A stretch of 64,000 nucleotides of DNA from Octopus vulgaris. Lineage: Eukaryota. The first letter of the stretch is position 1. Each line of letters begins with the position of its first letter. The DNA is taken from the NCBI GenBank assembly GCA_951406725.2, contig OX597817.1, positions 53,878,001 to 53,942,000 of the forward strand, read 5' to 3'. A program made the translations under genes and the position numbers. Shown in pieces: positions 25,698 to 36,193 of this stretch. Below the pieces are notes generated by a model. It was not told the DNA's origin and searched no databases. It was given only the letters and a program-made list of their open reading frames with translations.

Positions 25698-26088
25698 TGT
25701 TCTCTGATACAGCAGCACGGATCAATCTGAAACCCTGCAAAGACAAAACAGAACATCATTATCATCATCATCATCACCACCACAACGACAACAACCACCA
25801 CCACCACTACCACTACCATCATCATCATCACCGCTTCCTGTACCTTCTCAAACATCATCATCATCATCACCACCACCACCACCACTACCACAACCACCAT
25901 CACCACTTCCTGTGCCTTCTCAAATATCATCATCATCATCATCATCATCAGCATCACCACCACCACCACCACCACAACCACCACCATCATCATCACTGCT
26001 TCCTGTGCCTTCTCAAAACTTTATCATCATCATTATTATTATCACCAACATCATTGAATATCTTTGTTATTGTTACACATCATTATTA

Positions 26089-26143
<55 letters not shown>

Positions 26144-26912
26144 CAGTTTCAGTCTAGGAAATCCACTCACAAAGCTTTGTTCGACCTGGGGCTATAATGG
26201 AAGACATATGTACCCAAGGTGATATGTAGCAGGATTGAACCTGAAACCATGCAGTTGGGAAGCAAACTTCTTAACCACAGCCGATGCCAATACCGCCTGA
26301 CTGGCCCTTGCGCCGGTGGCACGTAAAAGGCACCCACTACACTCTCGGAGTGGTTGGTGTTAGGAAGAGCATCCAGCTGTAGAAACTTTGCCAGATTGGA
26401 TTGGAGCCTGGTGCAGCCATCTGGCTTGCCAGCCCTCAGTCAAATCGTCCAACCCATGCCAGCATGGAAAGTGGACGTTAAACAATGATGACGATGATGA
26501 TAGCCACACCTGTGCCAACATCATACTCATCATCATAATCCTCATCATACATCACCATTAAACAACACCATGACTGAACCCCCTTTGTATCCTAGACAAT
26601 CCAACACACACACACACACACGTTCCGGAGGCAAGGCACAACAATTCTTCCCCAATCACCACCTTCTGTTCCACACACTCAGCTACCACAATCACCTGAC
26701 AAACAATTCCTCGACTTTCCACAGACCACCACCTCCAAATGATTGTCTTAATATACTCGCTCATGCATCAATGAAGAATGCAAATACAAAAATATATTCA
26801 CACAAGAAAAAGATACAAAAAAATATTCACAAAAATGTCTAAAAGAACTGCTTCACCAGGAAACAAAGATTTTCAGAATTCAACAACTGGTAATAAAGAC
26901 ATTGCTGTACAA

Positions 26913-27853
26913 CATAGGTTCTCAAAGTGGGAGCTGCTGCCACCCCCAGTGGGCATTGAGACCATCCAAGTGGGCACTGGTGCCTAAGGGCACGGTAGAG
27001 AAAAAGGAGGCGTTGGAAGGAAGGCAGTGGATTGGGGGATGATATGAATTTATTATAATATTATTATAGTATTACTCTCTCTTGTTACTCTTTTACTTGT
27101 TTCAGTCATTTGACTGTGGCCATGCTGGAGCATTGCCTTTAGTCAAGCAAATCGATCCCAGGACTTATTCTTTGTAAGCCTGGTGCTTATTCTATCAGTC
27201 TCTTTTTGCCGAACCGCTAAGTTACGGCGACATAAACACACCAGCATTGGTTGTCAAGCGATATTGGTGGGTACAAGCACAGACACAAACATATACACAC
27301 ACACCGTCCCTCAACCATGTTCTTCTACATTCCACCCCACCATCCCCACCCAATGCCACACAGCTTGTGTGTGTGTGTCTGTGTGTCTGTCTATCTCTCT
27401 TCCACTTGTTACCTCTGTTCACTCCTCCCCTCATTTTTTTTATCTCATGCCCTATCGCCACCACCATCACCCCCAGCACCCCCACCTCCCACCGCTACCA
27501 TAAATATATATATATATATACGACAGGCTTCTTTCAGTTTCCGTCTACCAAATCCACTCACAAGGCTTTGGTCAGCCCGAGGCTATAGAAGACACTTGCC
27601 CAAGGTGCCATGCAGTGGGACTGAACCCGGAATCATGTGGTTGGTAAGCAAGCTACTTACCACACAGCCACTCCTGTGCCTATGTATTGTAAACAAATCA
27701 TATAATATCATATTAACTATCAAATGATTCATAGTATATATAAATTAGTAAAATATAAAATATCTAATTATACATAAAAATAGGGGTGGGGGCACTGAGG
27801 GTATTATGTGGCCATGAGGTGGAGCGGTGGCCCAAAATGTTTGAGAGCCTCTG
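26913..27853. mobile_element. hAT-type MITE interrupted by a SINE family A copy
   Basis: Ends cataggttctcaaa / tttgagagcctctg; 8-bp TSD ctgtacaa / ctggacaa. Confidence 0.7.
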
Positions 27854-28247
27854 CTGGACAATGGAATATTTATAGACACTTCTAAAAAACATATCCCATA
27901 AGGCAACCTAAAGGATACAAATCCAATTAGGCCAGAAATAGCCAACCTCATAAAAAAGCTGGGGGAAAAAAGAAAAAACATCTACCACAGTCCACCAACA
28001 CACACAAAGCTGAAATAAAATTCAGTATCAAACAATAAAAGAAGGAAATAAACATAGAAAATGCATTATAGAAAGAGAGAAAATTGGAAAATATTTGTAG
28101 CCAACATAAACCACAAAACAAAATTAAATATAGAGAAAGTAATTAATAGCCAAATAACTGTAACAATAGTCATACAGGGGGGTGGGGTGGGTGAGTGCAA
28201 AAGTAGGTATACAGTTATAAAAAAACCAGAAGACATGTACAATGCTA

Positions 28248-28567
28248 CAATTCTATATTTAAGAGATGAGGAATTATGTACATTATTTACATTTGATGGA
28301 TATTTGTCCTCATCATGTTTGTTGTTAACACAACGTTTCAGTTGATATACCCTCCAACCTTCATCAGGTTATCTCGGGGAAATTTCGAACCTGGATTCTC
28401 ATTCCTAAGGTATTTTTAGATGTTGTTATTATTATTATTATTATTATTATTCAAGTCACTGCCATATGCCTGTGGGCATATGCCATAGTGGTTAAGAGCA
28501 CAGGCTACTAGCCCCAAGATTCCAAGTTTGATTCCAGGCAGTGATTTGAATAATAATAATATTGATG

Positions 28568-28637
<70 letters not shown>

Positions 28638-28790
28638 CAACAACATCAAAAAATACCTTAGGAATGAGAACTCAGGTTTGAAATTTCTCCAAGACACCTG
28701 ATGAAGGCTGGAGGGTATATCAGCTGAAATGGTGTGTTAACAACAAACAAGATGACGACAAATATCTGTCAAATGTAAATAATGTAAATA
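28248..28790. mobile_element. Family D copy 2: inverted arms on both sides of a gccatatgcc-tgt-gggcatatg hairpin centre
   Basis: 28248-28462 is the reverse complement of the post-B-box/microsatellite/hammerhead/tail part that reads forward at about 28537-28790; tRNA-like head at about 28474-28540. Confidence 0.8.
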
Positions 28791-28868
28791 ATCTAAATGT
28801 ACAATACTAGCAATGATAAATTTCTGAGCGAGAAGTAAACAGTAGCAGCATGGAATCGTGAAGTATAT

Positions 28869-29206
<338 letters not shown>

Positions 29207-29226
29207 AATCGTGAAGTATATTTGCC

Positions 29227-29466
29227 ACCTAAATGTGGTGGACCCACAGGAGACGATGCTACTGTTGTTTATAGCCCCAGGAAGACACCTCCTCCAGCTG
29301 GCTAATGATACACTGTCTGTGTCTGATTAGGACATGGGAACAAAGATTTCCCTTTGCAAATACTAATCAGACACAGAGAATTTGTCATTAGCCAGCTGGA
29401 GGAGGTGTCTTCCTGGGGCTATAGACAACAACAGCATCGTCCCCTGTGGGTCTGCCACATTTAGGT
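29227..29466. repeat. Fold-back element: 104-bp inverted arms, 32-nt spacer
   Basis: 29227-29330 is the near reverse complement of 29363-29466. Confidence 0.85.
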
Positions 29467-29624
29467 ACAATATCAATTTATTTTTATTAAAAAAATTAAA
29501 GATTAACGGTAAAATTATTATTATAGTTATGATAGATATATTATTATAATGAAGGACACTGAAAATATCAAAAATGGGGCTAATTAAAAATTTTTTTGAT
29601 AAAAATAAATGAGAAATTGTCACC

Positions 29625-30000
29625 CATAGTTATGACCCTAGTATCGATCTATTGCATTTCAATCTGTTTTATGGTTAGAGTTAGAGTTAGGGTTAGTTAG
29701 GGTTAGGGTTATGGTTAGGGGTGGGGGGAAGGGTATCGTTTTTTCTTCAGAAATGTAAATAAACCCAATCTGTTTCTTAAAGGAGGGACATATTCAAATG
29801 GCACAGAATGTTTTCACCTCAATAGACGTCATTGATTGGTCGAAATTGCAGAAATTGAAGAAAAAAAACAGCAAATATCTTAAAAACTATAGAATTTTCT
29901 CAATAAAGCCAAGAGAAAAAGATGTTTTATAAACACATTCTACCAGTATACGAAGTTTAAAATTTTTTAGTTACCTAGAAATTATGTTAAAAACTGCTTA
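29625..30000 (+). repeat. Dispersed repeat with internal telomere-like (TTAGGG)n; shorter copy at about 18110-18210
   Basis: ggttagggtt..aggggtgggggaa..ttttcttcagaaatgtaaataaaccca is shared by both loci. Confidence 0.6.
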
Positions 30001-31539
30001 AAAAAGATCTCAAAAAAAAAAAAAACTATCTCATTTTCTGTGACAAACAAACAGTGATTCTCAGTCTTATTTACATTATATACTCACTACAAACAAAACC
30101 AGAACAACACATTAGACCACACCGGCAGGAAAATGCTAAAAATGAAAGGTCACCTGGAAATATGAATGACACAGTGGATTGCTGAAGCAAGTTTTAACCC
30201 CAAAAATCCCTGTCACAACATAAAAAGTATCCTTCACATCTCAGACACTTATATACAACACTCCAGAATGGTAACACAATACCATTCCAAAACACAATCT
30301 CTCATTCATTCAACCCAAACAAAGATCACATCCAAACAGAAATAGCTGAAAATATCAATAATTTCACTGGCCATAAACAATGTTTTGGGTTGTGCAGAAT
30401 GAACAATAAATACAGAGGAACATGAGCCGTCACTCTCTGACCTAAGTCCACCTCGCCATTTCAATTGTTGCTGCCACTAGAATATCTGATTGAACAGAAA
30501 TAGACTGGACAATGAAAAGAGCACAATAGATCCAAAGTGCTACGCTGCACACAATATGATTCACCATTGCATGTCACATCGGAGAGGTACAGTGTGAAGT
30601 GGGGGGAGTGACTCTGGTATAACGAGAAAGATTAATTGGTGAGTCATGTGTTGTTGTTTGGGCAAACCGTGAGGTAGCTGGATCAATGTTGACTTGAGCC
30701 TCAGGGTTACACAACACCTACACACACACACCTGTGTATGTATGTATATGTGTATGTGTGTATGTATGAAAATATATGTATGTACATCATCATCATCATC
30801 ATCGTTTAACGTCCGTTTTCCGTGCTAGCATGGGTTGGACGGTTTGACCGGGGTCTGGGAAGCCAGGAGGCTGCACCAGGCTCCAGTCTGATCTGGCAGT
30901 GTTTCTACAGCTGGATGCTCTTCCTAACGCCAACCACTCCGTGAGTGTAGTGGGTACTTTTTACATGCCTATATATATATATATGTACATATATCAGAAA
31001 TATGGCATTTGAACCTCGAAGGTATGCCCTGGCACTTGCTACCATCTCTGTCTCTCTCTTTCTTTACTAAACCATCCCATTTATATTCCTTATTCAACTA
31101 TCACCCCTTCCTTTCTCATTCATAAACACAAGAGTATTATTATAGTAGATTATTTCAGTAACCATGGGAGCTATGAAAAAATATGACATCACCCCTTCTT
31201 TCCTTATTCATCTATCACCCCTCCCTTTCTCATTCATAAACACAAGAGTATTATTATAGTAGATTATCTCGGTAACCATGGGAGCTATTAAAAAATACAA
31301 AGTCCAGCAACACCACCAGATCATTCTACACATCTGTGTAATTTTTCGCGCAATTCTACCCAGCCATTTGACTGTGAATCCCAAGACAAGAAGGAATCGC
31401 ACATGTCAAATTTATATGTATAGAATATATGTACAGACAGACAAATGGAGCTGCACAGCTCTTCAGCCAGCCAGCGCCTGTCAACCAGTCCAACCCATAC
31501 CAGCATGGAAAATGGACATTAAATGATGCTGGAGATAAT

Positions 31540-31940
31540 ATGTGGCTGTATGGTAAGTAGTTTGCTTACCAACCACATGGTTCCGGGTTCAGTCCCACTG
31601 CGTGGTACCTTGGGCAAATGTCTTCTACTATAGCCTCGGGCCAACCAAAGCCTTGTGAGTGAATTTGGTAGATGGAAACCGAAAGAAGCCCGTCGTATAT
31701 GTGTATACATATAAATGTATGTGTGTATATATGTTTGTGTGTCTGTGTTTGTCCCCCCAACATCGCTTGACAACCGATGCTGGTGTGTTTACGTCCCCGT
31801 AACTTAGTGGTTTGGCAAAAGAGACCAATACAATGAGTACTAGGCTTACAAAGAATAAGTCCTGGGGTTGATTTGCTTGACTAAAGATGGTGCTCCAGCA
31901 TGGCCACAGTCAAATGACTGAAACAAGTAAAAGAAAGAGA
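31540..31940 (+). mobile_element. SINE family A, near full-length copy
   Basis: Colinear with 7328-7738. Confidence 0.85.
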
Positions 31941-31943
31941 AAG

Positions 31944-32200
31944 ATATCGTTGCTATTATGCAAAAGTGTCATAAGTCCAAAATGCTGCTTTTTCAGAAAA
32001 ATGAAAAATTAGTTTCACCATTCCATAGCAAAACCATTGAACTACACTTTGACAATTTTTGATATCTTGGCATCTGAGGCAGCTGGAGATACAATAGTTT
32101 GACCAAAAAAACTTGCAATTGCAAGAAAAATTATGTATTGAAAAAAACCGCATTTAGCCAAATTTAGACATACGACAGTTTAACGTAATAGCAACGCTAT
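31944..32200. mobile_element. MITE with about 34-bp imperfect terminal inverted repeats
   Basis: atatcgttgctattatgcaaaagtgtcataagtc versus the reverse complement of the right end, atagcgttgctattacgttaaactgtcgtatgtc. Confidence 0.6.
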
Positions 32201-33150
32201 AATAACAATGATATATAAATGCAGTGCTTATATATATATGTATGTTTTAAAATGCACAAGGCTTAGTAGACCTATACGGCTTGCTTATGCCTGCACAATT
32301 ATATGCTAATGCATGCATGTGTGCGTGAGTGTGTGATGAGAAGCATGTGCAAGTGCACGTGTTTACAATGTCTGTGTGCAGACTGGGGCATCATACGTCT
32401 GCACATTCTGATCATATAATCCCGTAAAGATCAACTGCACCTTTGATCATCTTACAAGTGATAAGCTAAGCCTAGATTACGGATGATCAGCTGCACTTAG
32501 AACTCAAATGTTTTTAGATCATTCATAGGTGCGGCTGTGTGGTAAGAAGCTGGCTTCCCAACCACATGGTCCTGGGTTCAGTTCCCCAGCATGGCCTTGC
32601 GCCAGCCAAAACCTTGCATGTGGATTTTGGTAAATGGAAACTGAAAGAAGCCCATTGAGTATATATATATATATATATATATATACTCAATCTCTTATAT
32701 ACAAACATGATTCTTTTCATTCCAGTAGAGGGAAGCTGGTTTGTAGAATCCAAAGAAAAAAAAAAACTATGTTAAGGGTGTAAGTCAATTGTATTGCCCC
32801 TCACCCCACCCACCCCAGGTTCTTATTTTACTGACCCTGGAAGAATGAAAAGCAAACATGAAATATTGTCAAACATTTTGCCCCACATAGCAATGATTCT
32901 GCCAGCTTAAATAATAATAATAATAATAATAATCCTTTATAATAAAGGCACAAGGCCTGAAATTTGTGGGGAGGGAACTGTTCAATTACATTGACTCCAG
33001 TACTCAACTGGTACTTAATTTATCGACCTTGAAAAGATGAAAGACAAAGTCAACCCTGGTGGAATTTGAACTCAGAATGAAAAAAATGGACAAAATACCG
33101 CTAAACATTTTGCCTGGGCATGCTAACGATTCTGCCAACTTGCCACCTTA

Positions 33151-36100
33151 ATTAAGGAAAGCTTCAGTCTTCGGGAAGATGGACAAATCTGGAGATTTGT
33201 CAAGACTGCTGAAACGTGGAAGAGAGATACCAGCTGGTCTGAGTGCTCTCTACCCACAATAACTAAAAAAACTACAGCAACTCAGGGAAACTAAGCCAGA
33301 ACAACCTGCCATCCTCTACACACCATCATAAACTGCGAGCAGGGTACAAATTGTTGTCCTTAAATGCTCGCAGTTTATGCAACAAAATACATTTGTTCAA
33401 CGCCTACGTCAGAAGTGTTGACCCTGACTTCATCACTGTCACGGAAACATGGGCGCATTCCTTACTCTGTGATGGGGTTTTCAACATTACGGGGTACAAC
33501 CTCTTCCGTAAGGACCGCACTAACCGCCGTGGTGGTGGTGTGATGGTCTACGTTCGTTCAAATTTTTTGGTAATTCCTTGTGCCGATTTGAACGAATCAC
33601 AAGAAGAAGTTTTTTTCTGTGACGTGCGTATGACCATGTCAACACTCCTGCTTGGCGTTGTTTATCGTCCCCCAAGTTACCATCGGGACACACAGCTTTG
33701 CAATGTCCTCCGAGCTGCTGCCAGGAAAACAGCCACTTATGTGTTTATTTGCAGGCGATTTCAATCATCCTGAGATCGATTGGGAGACCTTCCATTGGCC
33801 ACAGAGTGCAAACGATTTTGTTGAGCTTGTGCTGGACTCAAACTGGTCACAAGTAGTCACCTCTCCAACAAGAGGCGACAACACCTTGGACCTGCTCTTC
33901 ACCACAACTCCTGAAGCGGTTATCAATTGCACTACGGAGGAACCTCTAGGTGACTCTGATCATGCTATGATCATCGCCAATCTGGCTCTTGCGGGCAACA
34001 AAAACCTGAACCATCTCCAATCTGCTTCATTCGATTGGAAGAGAGCAGATTGGAACCTGTACCACACTGAACTACAGCACCCAAACTGGCGTGAATTCTA
34101 CAACTCTGGAGATGTGAATACTATACTCCAGAGTATCCTGGACTCAATATGGGCAGCATGTGCAGCATCAGTGCCACGTAAACAAAAAAAAAAAGAACCG
34201 CCCCAAAAGGGCAATTTGGGAAACTTCAGCGGTCCGACTTGCCAGGAGGGAACGTCGGACTGCTGAACGGGAATACAGGTTGCATAAATCAGACACCAAC
34301 AGGAAGAAGCGGAATAAATCCTCCAACCATCTCAAGCAAGTGACAAAAAAAGCAGTGCTTGAATTTGAACAGTGCATAGCAGCCAATCCTGACAGCAAGG
34401 TTTTCTGGAAATATGTGCACTCAAAGCAGAGACCTCACTCTCCAGTGGGCCCTCTTCACAACCCTCACACAAACCAGATCACTGACGACCCCAAGGAATG
34501 CGCAGAACTCATTGCCGAGTGCTATGCAAACATATTCACTGTTGAAAGTCAAAATGTACCATCTTCACCATCACTAACAGCAAACTCCATAACAACTATG
34601 GAATTTACACCTGCAATGCTGCGACGTCACCTTCAAAATAAGCGCAACTATGCCTCCCCTGGTCTCGATGGAGTTACATACCTGCTTCTCAAACGTGGCA
34701 GGCACTTCCTTTTACACCAGCTTTCTATTTTCTTCCAGTACTGTCTCAACAATGGTGCTACTCCGGAGCAGTGGAAAACTGCCAGTGTCATTCCTCTGTT
34801 CAAAAAGGGCGACCGCACATCACCTGTCAACTATCGCCCAGTCAGTCTCACTAGCTGTATTGCAAAACTGATGGAATCGTGTGTCAGAGAAACACTCTGG
34901 AACTTCTGGAGCTCTCACAGTCTCATCCGACCCTCACAATATGGATTTGTCCCTAACTCCAGCTGCAGTGACCAGCTTGTCGAGTTCCTTGAGGACATTA
35001 CCCAGATTACTGACAGTGGCTCATGGGTGGATGTTGTCTACCTTGACTTTGCTAAGGCTTTCAACTCTGTGCCACACAAAAGGCTTATGGTGAAACTCTC
35101 TGCAATGGGTGTGGGGGATGACCTTTTTAACTGGTTGAAATCCTTCATCCTCAGCCGAAAGGAGGTAGTCACAGTTCTAGGACAGCACTCTACACCATAT
35201 GAGATGTCATCGGGTGTACCACAGGGATCTGTCCTTGGCCCCCTCTTGTTTGTGGCATACATTAACGACATAGATGCCAATTTAAGGAATGCCACAGTAT
35301 TGAAATATGCAGACGACATCAAGCTGTACCTTGAAATCAAGAGGACAGATCCTGATGTCTACAACTCTTTCCTGCAATCAGACCTAGACACAATGCAGCA
35401 ATGGATCACAGACTGGCAACTGAAACTGGCTGTGGACAAGTGTACCACCATGCATTTTGGGAGAAAAAACCCTGCGTTCACATACTCCCTCCACAACACT
35501 GATATCAAGAAATCCTCTTGCGGGCGTGACCTAGGCATCACTGTCAGCAGTGATTTGCGTTGGTCAAAGCATATCTCTAAGATTGTCAGGAAGGCCGAGG
35601 GTGTCTTGGCATCACTCAGCAGGTCTTTTGTTAGCCGCTCTCCAGCCATCTATTTAAAACTGTATACAGCTATGGTACGACCACACTTGGAATTCGCATC
35701 ATCAGTTTGGAACCCCTATCTTGCACAGAACATTGACCTCCTGGAATCTGTCCAGAGACGTGCAACCAAACGCATACCCTCCATCAGACACCTACCATAT
35801 TCTGAGCGCCTTGTTTCCCTGGGCATGGATTCACTGAAGCTCCGGCGTTTGGCGACGGACTTGGTAAACACCCACAAAGTTATCAACCACCTCACCAACA
35901 ACAACACTGAACACCTTTTTGATCTCCATGTGTCTAACACACGTGGACATGCCTACAAAGTCAGAAAACAATACAGCTCCCATGACTTTCGGAAACATTT
36001 TTTCACGCTCAGAGTTGCTGAAGCATGGAATAAACTGCCTGCGTCAGTTGTTGACTGCCATGACACTGCATCTTTTAAGGCCCTCATGCTTTCCGAAATC

Positions 36101-36193
36101 CGCCGAAACTTCACCTGATTATATATACACTTTAGATGAGTTGTAGTGCACCTGAGCACTGTACACAATTATTATTATTATTATTATTATTAT
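33151..36193 (+). mobile_element. 5'-truncated CR1/L2-group non-LTR retrotransposon: end of ORF1, ORF2 (APE endonuclease + RT), short 3' UTR, (ATT)n tail
   Basis: APE motifs SLNARS, VTETW, RKDR..RGGGV, YRPP, GDFN, LDL, SDH. RT motifs NYRPVSLTS, QYGF, YLDFAKAF, GVPQGSVLGP, KYADD, RPHLEF..SVW, RGH..K, FF..RV..WN.LP. A 3' stem-loop agtgc-acctga-gcact precedes (att)n at about 36169-36193. Confidence 0.93.
33267..36118 (+). pseudogene. LINE ORF2 (APE-RT, about 950 codons) broken by two single-base insertions (T-run near 33748-33750, A11 run at 34184-34194)
   Basis: ORFs 33351-33773, 33652-34266 and 34160-36118 are consecutive +1-shifted pieces of one protein; the reconstructed frame has no internal stops. 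Confidence 0.85.

Noticed and set aside
28474-28545. tRNA genes here and at other A/B-box sites
   Set aside because: No acceptor stem or full cloverleaf; these are SINE heads.
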